Assembly (NCBI GenBank): GCA_030704615.1
Contig: CM060733.1
Coordinates: forward strand, 74,462,001-74,526,000
DNA length: 64,000 nt
Reading direction: 5' to 3'
From: Takakia lepidozioides
Taxonomy: Eukaryota > Plantae > Bryophyta
A model generated the notes under the pieces. It was not told the origin of the DNA and searched no databases. It was given only the letters and a program-made list of their open reading frames with translations. This document shows, piece by piece, positions 37,345 to 49,711 of the stretch. Every line of letters begins with the position of its first letter. Position 1 is the first letter of the stretch. Both the position numbers and the translations under genes were made by a program.

Positions 37345-40300
37345 ATGCTACCCCACAGGCGATAAGATACTGGAGGAGCTGAGATTGGAAGGATTGCAAA
37401 GCATAGATTGGACACTACACCATAGACAGTACATGTTACAATTTTTGCAGAACTTTGAGCCAAGGACAGGAACAACAACGGTGAAGGGAGTTGAATTAAT
37501 GATTACTCCCCTATACCTCCAGCAATTGTTTCGATTGCCAGCAGGTCAGGTGCATGGAGGAACACAGGCAAGACTGCAAATAGGGACTTATTCCAAGAAG
37601 GGAGTTTCTTTAAAACTCAGGGTTATGCTTGTACCCAAGGCTGTGTACCCAGGGTTAAAAGAGATAGGCCAGGTATTGAACGTTCTGATTGCCCTGAAAC
37701 AGAACCAACAATATTTGAGCAGATCCTTCACAGAGGAAATACTCAAAGGCCTGAAGGGACAAGAGGTACAATGGGCGGACATAATGTACAACGCACTGGT
37801 AGAGGAGATGAAAGATTACAAGGTACTACCGCAAAGTCTCCTATCATAGTGTCTGGCCCAATCATTGCTCAAATAATCCTTATTCTGGCATACTTAATGC
37901 ACAAGAAAGGAAGGAAATGGGAGTGTTTGAGCCAGAAACAACTGCAATGGAAGAGCAAGGCTCTTCACACAGTGAGGGTGGACTAGCAGCACAACCCGAG
38001 ACTAAGAGGCAGAGAAGGGGAAAGACTGTAGTGGCGGATCCACTGGCTTCACGGATTCCGCATGATAATGTTTCCCAAGCTCATGGCCAGGAAGGGGCAC
38101 AGCAGCACAGAAAATGCTATTACTGGAAGCAGGACCTTCAGAGAGGGAGGAGGAAGTTACTTCTGCATCACACCAACACAGCCACTTGAACGACTTTTGG
38201 TCACAAGTTATCCATGCAGCTCAACCCGAAATAATTGATTTGGAAAGTGAAGGGATAGATATTCCAACTACAGAACAGATAGTGGCAGAAATAGAGAAAG
38301 GGGACCTTCTCTATGAATATTCTGGTCTGGTCAAGGAGACAGAAATCCCAGAGGTGCAACAGTTGCCCAAGGGAAATCCTGAGGTGCATATAATACACAC
38401 ACCTGTGTCGGAGGTACCACAGGCGGAAGGTCATGACACTGTAGCACCGGTGATAGATGAAGTAGTTCAGGAAGAAAATCCGGTGGGACAATGGCCTGAA
38501 TGGTTAGTGAGACATCATACTGTTGAAGATCAGGAGGAACAGCAGCAACCTCACCATGATGACCCTCAACAGGCAATGCTGATGAGTTCCATAGGCAGGA
38601 CACTTAATTTGTTGGGGACTTATGTCAAATCCCATGTTCCAATTACCCAATTGACAGCCTTGAAAGAGGAACTCAGGAAGGAGTTTGAGGCTCGACTTGC
38701 CACTGAGTGTGCAAACAAGGTCGATGAAGAGGTCACTCTCAAGATGAAGCAGGACTTGGGAAATACAGAAATGGCTTTGCAATTGGCCAAGCAACAATTG
38801 ATTGAGGCAGGCCTCGCGCAAGACCAGTTGCACGAAGCACATAAGCAACAGCTATACCAAATGCAGGTGCAGCATGAAAGCAAGTTGCAAGAACTGAATG
38901 CACTACATACGGAGTTGCAGACAGTGCATAAAGGATGGCGATACAATGTGCTACATTTACAACTATGCTTGACCAATCACAAAAGAAATAAACAGTCAAG
39001 CGGAAAAATGTACGAAGGCAGAAGAAGAGAATGTTGAGCAAATGAAGCTCATTGTCGATATGAAGAATACAATCTGTCGCAATGAAGATACTTTCAAGCA
39101 ATACAGGCAGATTGAAGCTGATCAAGAGAAACACATCGTGGAGTTGCAACAAACCATCATGGCCAATAGAAAAATGAAATCGCGGTCAGTAACAAGGCTT
39201 GGAAGGAAGCCAATAATCTACTTGCTGCTTATCGCAATTGGTTGAACCACAGGCGAAGCGCATGGAGGCTTTACACAGCAGTTGGAATTGTACAAGCTAA
39301 GAGAGGAGCAAACTCTCAGGGGAACCACAAGCAGCAGCTGGTGGATAACAAGCCTTATATGCAGGTCTGGTTAGCACAAGGGCCAGTAGAGGGCAAATAG
39401 CCCCACGGAAGCTCACCCAAAGCGAGATGAATGAGCTCAGGCTGCAGGTGCAGAACATTGCCACAACTACTATAGACAATGTCTATAGTAGGATAGCAGA
39501 GTTACAAGAGGATGTAGACGGACTCCAGACTCAAGTGGAAGACCTCACTTCAAACATCGACCAAAGAGTCTATATCCCTCAGGAACAGCTAATGGCTTCT
39601 TATTTACAAGCCAGAACTTGGCTTTCAGTCTTCACAGGAGGTGCAGGAGATGCCAATGATACAAGAGCCAGTACCACCACCACCACAACAAGTCAGTGTA
39701 CCAGTAGCTGAACCTGTGGTTACTACAACCACACCACAGCCACCACAGCCGGAGGTATGGGGCAATGCCGCTTTTAACCCACCTAAAACTCCAGCTGCAA
39801 GGGAGTACAGTAGGGCTATGATTATGCCCTTCAACCAAATTCCCATCATGTTGGATTTGGCTTGGAAAGAATTTAGTCCTCCGCAGTCATTCGCACATTA
39901 CTACCAAATCATGCGTATTTGGCTGCCAGTGGCAACTAGGACTAAAGTTCTTCCAAACAATCGATATTGAAGATCATCACTTGCACAATACTGGCACGAG
40001 GCAGGTACCATGTTGAGGGAATTGGTTGCTTTCCAGGTTGTACATGGACTCATTTATACCAAGACCAAGGAGATAGCAAGTATTGTCATGGGGTGCGGGC
40101 TATACTACGCTGCTTGTTTTCTGGTACGTTACCACATTGAGCAACAAAAGATGCAACACGCTTTCAAAGTTATTCCAGTGGAGATCATTGGGTATTACCT
40201 TCGGTGCCACCTCATATGTACCTATATGACCCAAAAGTTATGATGCAAAAGGATTCTCAAATTCGTTCATGGTTTCAAGCAGCCTGCAACCATTTGTCAA

Positions 40301-40689
40301 CACAGAAATTCGGCATTGATGACATTTTCTATAAGGGACATGTGGCATGGAAGTACTTGCACGCTGCACCAGTAATTGGTACCCCACTCACCTGGACAGA
40401 CAAGGAGCTCAGTGTCTACACCAATTTTGCTGTTCAGCGGTTACACCAAGTTGTAAAATGCAAACTTCCAGACATGGTAGGACAATTGTATGCCCCAGAT
40501 GATTCCACAAAAAGTTCGAAAATTAAAAACCTGAGAGGCGATGAGGATTCTGATACAACTGTTTCTTCACAGAATTCTTTTGACATGGGAGAAGACTATG
40601 CAATTCAGATGGCAGAAAGAAGCGAGGGGTCTCCTATGCCGGAAAGGTTACCTCGATATCAGCCTCCAGGGCCTCACTTATCCAGGTAG
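37345..40689 (+). pseudogene. Extra 3' ORF of D: N-terminus resembling plant-mobile-domain/Athila-ORF1-type proteins, acidic and coiled-coil middle
   Basis: A chain of same-strand ORFs between integrase and PPT; MLQFLQNFEPRTGTTTVKGVELMITPLYLQQLFRLP; Q/E/L heptads at 38600-39550. Confidence 0.6.
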
Positions 40690-40843
40690 TGATCAACCAT
40701 CTCCGTCAACCAGAGACAGACCTCGGGCTCGTACACACAGTCCCACGAAACTCTCAACGTCAACAAGGTGCTCACTCACAAAGGTTTGCTACTCGGAAAC
40801 AGTAAACCGTGAGGACACGGCTTTTTGAGGGGGGAAGGGGTAA

Positions 40844-41767
40844 TGTTAGAGGACTGTAGGGGACTTAGACACTTATACGGGATCTGTAGGGTACCCTTAA
40901 TTTTTGCACAGACTGAGACCAACAGGAGCCTTAGGGGTGACAGCAGCGCACTGTAGAGGGGGGTTACACAGGCACACACAGCACAGCCAACACAGCCAAC
41001 ACAGCCCGTCACCGTCACAGTCGTCACAGTTCACAGCCGACACAGCCCACACAGCCACACAGCCAGTCACAGCCCGACACAGCCAAACACAGTCGCACAG
41101 CCAGTCACAGCCGTCACAGTTTCACACAGCCAGTCACAGCTTGACACAGCTGTCACGATCATAGGGAACGAAGAGTAGGACAGGGAACGACTGTGGGGAA
41201 CAACACCTGCGGGAACATGTTAGTTCACAGACGACGGTTAGTGAGGGAAACGGTTAGAACGCGGATAGGAAGATAAAGGGGAAAACGGGGAATGGGGATC
41301 ATTATTCGGAGGAGGACTTCTTAGTGAGGCTGGAGGAGATCGGAAGAGATGGAGAGCACGTGAAGGAGGAAAGAGGATTAGTAGATGCTTGTTATATGCA
41401 AAGCTGTAGTGATATTGTAGAGCAGATTAGAGACACAATGGCTTCGGCCTGATACCTGATAAATCATAATCTGATACTTATACGATACAATCACACTGTG
41501 TAGAGAGATCTGAGTGAAGCTGTGGATTGAATGGATGAGTGAAGGAAACCGATAGATTGATGAAGCAAACTGATACTTAATTATCAATGGTAAGGTAGCT
41601 AAGATGAATGCGGAAAGGGAAACAAATAGGAAACACCCCCATGATACACTAGCTGTAGGTCATGACTGATTGTTCTGCGCGGGCTGAGTACTTAGAGATT
41701 TCCAACTCTTATCTTGGAGTTTCCGCCTCGGATAGCGAAGGGATGGGTGAGTAAAAGCCGCGCGACA
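40844..41767 (+). repeat. 3' LTR of D
   Basis: Direct repeat of the 5' LTR, followed by TSD CTCTC. Confidence 0.94.
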
Positions 41768-42273
41768 CTCTCCTCCTTCACCTTGCTCTCCATCCTTGCT
41801 CCCGTTCGTGCTCTCCGCCTTATCTCCTCTCCTCATGACCAAGAAGTGCTCTTCCCCCGAAGTGTCCTCCATGTTGCTGTTCTGCCTAATTTATCTGCAA
41901 GCTGTTCTAACCGCCTAACTTATAACTAACTGTCACCCAAGAAGTAAGCACGTTCCCTCTGCAGATGTCGTTCCCACATAGTCGTTCCCTGCCAATGATA
42001 ACCATTCCTTATATATGTTGTGACGGGCTGTTCCAAGCTGTGCTGTGACTGTGCCGAGTTGTGATTGGCTGTGTCGGACTGTGTGAAGCTGTGTCGGGCT
42101 GTGTCTAACTGTGTAATGTTGTGACTGACTATGTAAGCCTGTCTACCACCCCCAAGGCCTGTGCTAGTCCAAGTCTACCATCCGTAAATCTGTGCAAAAA
42201 TTAAGGGTACCCCACAAAACCCATAAAAGTGTCTAAGTCCCAGACAACCCTCTAACAAGGCGAGACATACTCA

Positions 42274-45200
42274 CTAGGAAGTACTGCCGAGATGAAGACC
42301 AAGCTTGCGTGCCACCTTAGGAGCGGGGGGTTCCAACAAACTCACATGACGTTGAATGGTTGGAGTTACCACAGATGAAACCAAAATAGGTTGAGTATTT
42401 TGAAGCGCAGAGAGACGTGCTGCATACAACGTTTGATCTCCCTCAAGACCAAATACGTGACGTCCAGACTCGGGCAGCAATAAATGTAGAACCTGCAGGA
42501 AAAAAACATGCAATGGTGATATTATATCGGATAACAGTTAATGATCATGAATCAACTCATAAGATTTTAATTACAAAATGGAGACCAATGCAAACCTGTG
42601 CCAGCTATGAGATCCAAAATGCAGGAGCCAGGAGGTGAGCATGTCTCCAACAATACTTGTATAAAGGTGGGACTACGGTCTTGCGCACCCCTCCAAGCTT
42701 GTTGAGGAGTTTGCATGGGCAGTGCAACATCTAGAATTGTGGTTGTAGATGGCATCCAACTCAACAGGGTCTGCAAGGGGGTCCACAACTTTGCCAGACT
42801 CACGCAGTTTGAATAGTCCTCCTTGCTTGGTGAGGACATAGGCGTGGAAGAACATGGTGTTAGACGTGCCATTTCCACCAAAACAGTGCACCCGGATGGT
42901 TTAATAATATGTATGAGAGTAGGAAGATGAAACATCAAACAATGAGATATTGAAGAGGGATGATTTTTACCTTTCCTGTCTGAGTGTGTAGAGGGGTGGT
43001 ATTGATGCAAGTATATTTCCTTGATAATACGGAAATAGAGCTACCCCTGGAGTAATAAAAGAGCTCCAATGCAAAGGAATCATCAAAGCCCTGCGAGAAC
43101 ACCAAGCATCCATTGTCATCCAACAGGTCATTAGCAATGGAGAATGCATACTCCCAATACCATTTATCAAAAGCATTCCAGGGAGGAACTTGTACACCAT
43201 CCAAACAGCCATGTACAAGCATTCCTGTCGGGCAGTCCACGATGATCATGTCCACAACCACAGGCACGCTTTTGCCATCCACAACACTAGACCAAGTTCC
43301 TGGCAACTGCAAACAACATACAGAAAATGTAGGAGTCAATAGCCGGATGATGAGGATGTAAAAACATCGAAGAATTCCTTACATTCAAATTTGTTTGTTG
43401 GGGGAAACTCACATTTTTGAAGAACTCCATGAGCTCTTTCAAAGTCGCATCAGGAGATGTACTTGAGGCCTCCACCATATCAATGAAATGAGTAGGCATG
43501 ATCTTCATGCGATACATGCTAGGTGCACCACCGGAAAATGACACTGCACTGTAAGGATGTTCGCCTGCCTTTGGCTTGTTTCCTCGAGTAGTAGGTGCAA
43601 GCAATACAACCAACAGATTTGAAGGATGTGAAGAACTACCAATAGGACCAGCAATAGAAGCCACACCTGCATTGGGAGCCACACCTGCATTGACATCCAC
43701 ACCTTTTCTTTTTTCGTGATTTGTGTTTTGGTACACCCACAACCGCAGGGACCACTTGGGCTACAACGTCAGCGGCCTGTGTAGCAATCGTTCTGCATGC
43801 TCCAGATCAAGAGCAGGGACTTCAGTGGAGATACCCCCTTCATCACTCACTGACTACCTGCGAACACATTCCTTATGAAGTCCCATTTCTGCATAGGGGA
43901 TAGCGAGGACCCAAGATCTCTTTCCATGTCTCAGGGGCTTCTTCTTCAGGCATCCCCCTCCCTATCCTTCGCTCGGAATTAGAACGTGCGAGCTGCCAGA
44001 AAATACAGTCAGTTAAATAACTATGTTAATGTGTCATCAACAAAATGAATCAATTGCATTGAGAAAATAGTGATTGTATATGTACCTGCTACCAAAAAGT
44101 CCTTCTATTCAGCCAAGGATCAAGTGTTGGCCCACTGATAGGCCCGGGTGGAAAAAAATTACGGTCGTGAAGTGTTTGGTCTCCATTCCATATATGTAGT
44201 CATTCCACCTTTTCTTCTGGATCCACCCGGGCTGTAGCAATGTTCACCATTTTCTCTTGGGTCATTTCCTCTGATCCTGCCTTTACACGTGACCAATGCA
44301 GTTTAAGTTCTTGGAGAAACCCCTCTCCAAGGGTTAGATCAGCAATAGGAAGCAACTTCATAAGCTGACTCTTGTGTTGCTCCCTTGCTTTCAATCCAGC
44401 CTGTTTCATTGTATCTTCAAGGCCCTCCTGACTCTTTGGCCCCTCAGCAAGTTTGTAAGCTTCCCCCGCTATGCGTTGGGCCTCAACAATATCATGCTGC
44501 CAAAAGAACCAAAACAGTTCATAACATGAACCAGAGGTGAATCTTGTCTATGGATGAAAAGAATGATCGGTTAAGACATGATGTTACCTTGTACAAAATC
44601 TATGTCATTGCACGGACTGTCAGGTTATACCACGTCTTTCCTGCTTTCTTGATGCATTCGTCGTATTGCTCTCTCCTCAATACATTCTTCCATTCAGAGA
44701 CAGGTGTAAGGCCAATCATATTGACCTTGCAAACCAAGTGCACAAATTTGGATGTAACATGTGCCCTCTCTGTTGCCCTGCACATACAAAATGTGATCAT
44801 TAGAAAGAAGATGTGTATATGTACCAAGAACATGACAACATTGAACATGAAAGTAAATGAAGAATAGAAAGGAAACTCACACATTCACTCCATCCATGAT
44901 GGACCTGAGGGAACCACGATTTTCAATGTCGGCATTGAGCACCCAACTTGTCACACAGACATGTCTTGACAAGTTGGCCCCATGAACTTCATTGATATAG
45001 GGATACCATGCTTGAAGCCTATGATTCCCATCCCAGACATGAATTATCTTCCCCCGAAGATGATGCAACTTTGGCTTGGACTCAAGATACTTCTCAAACT
45101 CATCATTGACTATTTTCCAATGACTATCCCATGTAGAGATGATATCAGGACCCACATCTATAGTAGACCCATCAATCCTCTCAACAGAAACATAGAACAC

Positions 45201-45293
45201 AGCTGCACCTGGATGGCATCCAGAGTAGAAGTCTCCTCTAAGCTTTAGGATGTTGTTGGCAAGGGTGGGCCTAACAACCTGCATAGAAATCAT
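42274..45293 (-). pseudogene. Spliced ParB/Srx-like plus N4C/N6A-type methyltransferase-like gene, copy 1 (host MULE M0); 5' part displaced by M1b
   Basis: HVWDGNHRL (45018-45035), DMIIVDCPTG (~43223), and SPTFIQVLLETCSPPGSCILDLIAGT|GSTFIAA-ESGRHVFGLEGD. GT-AG introns; in-frame stops near 44600, 44200 and 44088. Confidence 0.75.
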
Positions 45294-45294
45294 G

Positions 45295-48200
45295 GGGGGC
45301 TGCTATTTCATAAGCGGAATGAGCATGAGCGGAAAAAAAAAAAGCATGAGCAGACCATTGTAAGTCCACGGAAATAGGGTTAGGAGGCACGGAAATAGGG
45401 TCATGTGAAGTTGGAATGTGACACCAGTGGACTTGAAATGCAACATTTTATTGCATTTACTTGCCGAAAATGGCTAAGTCCCAGATCTGACTCGGCCCGG
45501 AACTGGAAAAATGGCGCCGAATTTCCGATTTTGGTGCCAGTCAGATCTGGGACTTAGCCATTTTAGGGCCCGAACTAGAAAAATGACGTTTATTTTTTTT
45601 GTTTTTTTTGTTTTTGTTTTTATTTTTGTTTTTGTTTTTTTTTTCCGGTGCCATTTTACTAGTTCGGGGCCGAAAATGGCTAAGTCCCAGATCTGACTGG
45701 GCCCGAAACTTGAAAAATGGCGCCGAATTTCCGATTTTGGTGCCAGCCACCCTAGGACTTAGCCATCCCGAAATGGAAAAATGACGCCATTTTTCCAGTT
45801 CGGGCCCGAAAATGGCTAAGTCCCAAATCTGATAGGGCGTGGAACTGGAAAAATGGTGCCGAATGTCCAGTTGCGGTTCCAGCCATCGTAGGACTTAGCC
45901 ATTTTTGGGGCCCAGAACTGGAAAAATGGCGCCATTTTTCCATTTCGGGGCCGAAAATGGCTAAGTCCCAGATCTGACTGGGCCCCGAACTGGAAAAATG
46001 GCGCCGAATTTCCGATTTTGGTGCCAGCCACCCTAGGGACTTAGCCATTTTCGGCCCCGAACTGGAAAAATGGCGCCATTTTTCCAGTTCGGGGCCGAAA
46101 ATGGCTAAGTCCCAGATCTGATAGGGCGCGGAACTGGAAAAATGGTGCCGAATTTCCAGTTGCGGTTCCAGCCATCGTAGGGACTTAGCCATTTTCGGGG
46201 CCCAGAACTGGAAAAATGGCGCCATTTTTCCATTTCGGGGCCGAAAATGGCTAAGTCCCAGATCTGACTGGGCCCAGAAATGGAAAAATGGCGCCGAATT
46301 TCCGATTTTGGGTGCCAGTCAGATCTGGGACTTAGCCGTTTTCGGCCCCGAACTGGAAAAATGGCGGTTTTTTTTTTTTTTTTTTTTTTTTTCCCGCCGC
46401 CATTTTTCGAGCTCGGGGCCGAAAATGGCTAAGTCCCAGATCTGACTGGGCCCGGAACTGGAAAAATGGCGCCGAATTTCCGATTTTGGGTGCCAGTCAG
46501 ATCTGGGACTTAGCCGTTTTCGGCCCCGAACTGTGTAAATGGCGTTGTTTTTTTTTTTTTTTTTTTTCGGCGCCATTTTTCCAGTTCGGGGCCGGAAATG
46601 GCTAAGTCCAAGATCTGACTGGGCCCAAAAATGGAAAAATGGTGCCGAATTTCCGATTTTGGGTGCCAGTCAGATCTGGGACTTAGCCGTTTTCAGCACC
46701 CCAACTGTAAAAATGGCGTTTTTCTTTTTTTTTTTTTTTTTTTTTTCGGCGCCATTTTTCCAGTTCGGGGCCGAAAATGGGTAAGTCCCAGATCTGACTG
46801 GGCCCAGAAATGGAAAAATGGCGCCGAATTTCCGATTTTGGGTGACAGTCAGATCCGGGACTTAGCCGTTTTCGGCCCCCGAACAAAAAAAATGGCGTTT
46901 TTTTTTTTTTTTTTTTTTTTCCCGGCGCCATTTTTCTTGTTCGGGGCCGAAAATGGCTAAGTCCCAGATCTGACTGGGCCCAGATCTGGAAAAATGGCGC
47001 CGAATTTCCGATTTTGGGTTCCAGTCAGATCTGGGACTTAGCCGTTTTCGGCCCCGAACTGGAAAAATATCGTTTTTTATTTTTTTTTATTTATTTTTTT
47101 TTTCCCGGCGTTATTTTTCCAGATCGGGGCCGAAAATGGCTAAGTCCCAGATCTGACTAGGCCCAGAAATGGAAAAATGGCGCCGAATTTCCGATTTTGG
47201 GTGCGAGTCAGATCTGGGACTTAGCCGTTTTCGGCCCCTAACTGGGAAAATGGCGTTTTTTTTTTTTTTTTTCTGGTTTTTTTTTTTCGGCGCCATTTTT
47301 CCATTTCGGGGCCGAAAATGGCTAAGTCCCAGATCTGACTAGCACCAAAATCGGAAATTCGGCGCCATTTTTCCAGTCATGCAGGTAATTCGAAGAGCGG
47401 ATGAATGGAAATCCGGCGCCGAATTTCCATCCGCCAGGTAAGTCGGCGCGCAAAATTTCCGTCATGCAGGTAATTCGAAGAGCGGATGGATGAAAATCCG
47501 GCACCGGATTTCCATCGATCCGCTCTTCGAATTACCTGCATGACTGGAAAAATGGCGCCGAATTTCCGATTTTGGGTGCCAGTCAGATCTGGGACTTAGC
47601 CGTTTTCGGCCCCGAACTGGAAAAATGGCGTTTTTTTTGTTTTTTTTTTTTCCAGCGCTGTTTTTCCATTTCGGGGCCGAAAATGTCTAAGTCCCAGATC
47701 TGACTGGCACCAAAATCGGAAATTCGGCGCCATTTTTCCAGTCATGCAGGTAATTCGAAGAGCGGATCGATGGAAATTCGGCGCCGGATTTCCATCCGCC
47801 AGGTAAGTCGGCGCGCAAAATTTTCTTCATGCAGGTAATTCGAAGAGCGGATGGATGAAAATCCGGCGCCGGATTTCCATCGATCCGCTCTTCGAATTAC
47901 CTGCATGACTGGAAAAATGGCGCCGAATTTCCGATTTTGGGTGCCAATCAGATCTGGGACTTAGCCGTTTTCGGCCCCGAAGGTGTCGGCCTCTCCGCCG
48001 CTCTGTTGGATATTCGGTGCCGAATTTCCGTCCGGGGGTTGAAATATGACGGCCAGGTGCCGGCCTCTCCCCCCTCCCCGACTGCATTGGAACGGCCCCG
48101 GATTGAAATTCGGCGCCGTTTTTATATCTGGGGAGGTTTTTATGTCGACCAGTTTTCGGTCTGACCCCCCGACACGACTTCCTTTGGGGGGGCCGGATGG

Positions 48201-49200
48201 AAATTCGGCGCCGAATCTCAATCCAGGGGATGCTCTCTGTCGAACACGTGCCGGCCTTTACGCCCGAGGCGACTTCATCCGGGCGTCCCCTGTTGGATAT
48301 TCGGTGCCGAATTTCCGTCCGGGGGTTGAATTGTGACGGCCAGGTGCCGGCCTCTCCCCCCTCCCCGACTGCATCCGAACCGCCCCGGATGGAAATTCGG
48401 CGCCGTTTTTCCATCTGGGGATGTTTTTATGCCGGCCAGTTTTCGGCCTGACCCCCCGACACGACTTCCTTTGGGGGGGCCCGGATGGAAATTCGGCACC
48501 GAATCTCCATCCAGGGGATGTTCTCTGTCGCACACGCGCCGGCCTCTGCGCCCGAGGCGACTTCATCCGGGCTTCCCCTGTTGTATATTCGGTGCCGAAT
48601 TTCCGTCCGGGGGTTGCAATGTGAGGGCCAGATGGCGGCCTTTCCCCCGAGCCGACTGCATCCGAAAGGCCTCGGATGGAAATTCGGCGCCGTTTTTCCA
48701 TCTGGCGATGTTTTTATGCCGGCCAGTTTTCGGCCTGACCCCTCGACACGACTTCCTTTGGGGGGGCCCGGATGGAAATTCGGCGCCGAATCTCCATCCA
48801 AGGGATATTCACTGTCGCACACGCGCCGGCCTCTGCGCCCGAGGCGACTTCATCCGGGCTTCCCCTGTTGTATATTCGGTGCCGAATTTCCGTCCGGGGG
48901 TTGTAATGTGAGGGCCAGATGGCGGCCTTTCCCCCGAGCCGACGGCATCTGAAAGGCCTCGGATGGAAATTCGGCGCCGTTTTTCCATCCGCGGAGGTTT
49001 TTATGTCGGCCAGTTTTCGGCCTGACCCCCCGACAGGACTTCCTTTGGGTGGATCCGAATGGAAATTTGGCGTTGAATTTCCATCCGGGGGATGTTTTCT
49101 GTCGGACAGGTGCCGGCATCTCTGCCCCAGACGACTTCATCCGTGCGGCCCCTGTTGGATATTGGGTGCCGAATTTCCATTCGGGGGTAGTAATGTGACG
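45295..49200 (+). mobile_element. MULE M1b (second M1 copy): left TIR and palindromic array, interrupted by M2
   Basis: 45295-45465 is near-identical to 8251-8425; the array is colinear with M1a until TAATGTGACG (= M1a ~12220). Confidence 0.88.
45466..49200. repeat. Composite palindromic tandem array inside M1b
   Basis: Same GGCGCC-centred palindromes and monomer zones as 8420-12250. Confidence 0.9.
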
Positions 49201-49711
49201 GGGGGTGCTATTCCGTGAGCCCGGAGGCGTGAGCCTGTGAGCCCAGGAAAGCGTGAGCCCAGCACAGGCTCACGCCACGTCAGCATGCAAACAGTGCCTA
49301 TTTCCGCGGATGTCACCTATTTCCGAGTGGTGTCACCTATTTCCGCGGGTTGATTTGGGTAGAATTGAGAATGCCTGAACAGTTTTTGATGAGGTGGACT
49401 TCACCGTGATGGATTCACCAACCATTCTTCTAGCATGAATAGTTTGGGGACCAACTAGCAAATGATGCGAGGATGCTCTACACGAACCAAAGTGGTTTGT
49501 TTGTTTTCGCAATGTACTTAAGTCTGTGAGGTCCACAAAACACCAAATAGATTGAAGGAACAATCCAGGCAGTCCATGCAACCCCCATCTCCAACAATAG
49601 TTTGTAACCATGAATGTGAATTCCACGCACACATTGCAAACAGGACAACAAGGACACACAACCATCCCATTTCAAATTTGGCCCAGAATTAAACCAAAAG
49701 AAAACTTCATA

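Larger units (their letters stand above)
28756..41767 (+). mobile_element. Full-length 13 kb non-chromoviral Ty3/gypsy element D with extra 5' and 3' ORFs
   Basis: LTRs at 28756-29680 and 40844-41767; perfect TSD CTCTC; PBS TGGCGACCATACTGGGGA; PPT GAGGGGGGAAGGGG at 40827-40840. Confidence 0.95.
2684..42257 (-). mobile_element. Ty3/gypsy LTR element D' (host of C and D). 5' LTR split into 28370-28755 and 41768-42257; 3' end not in the window
   Basis: The LTR starts TGTTAGAGGG at 42257 and ends ...CCGGACA at 28370, followed by PBS TGGCGACCATACTGGGG. The body at 27257-28369 and 2684-6364 is colinear with element D. Confidence 0.8.

Noticed and set aside
37345-40689. Retroviral env gene
   Set aside because: No clear signal peptide or transmembrane fusion-protein architecture; called only an extra ORF.
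42274-45293. Ordinary host gene or bacterial contamination
   Set aside because: GT-AG introns exclude a bacterial origin of the contig, and the paralog lies inside a MULE. M0's own TIRs are outside the window, so its MULE membership remains an inference.
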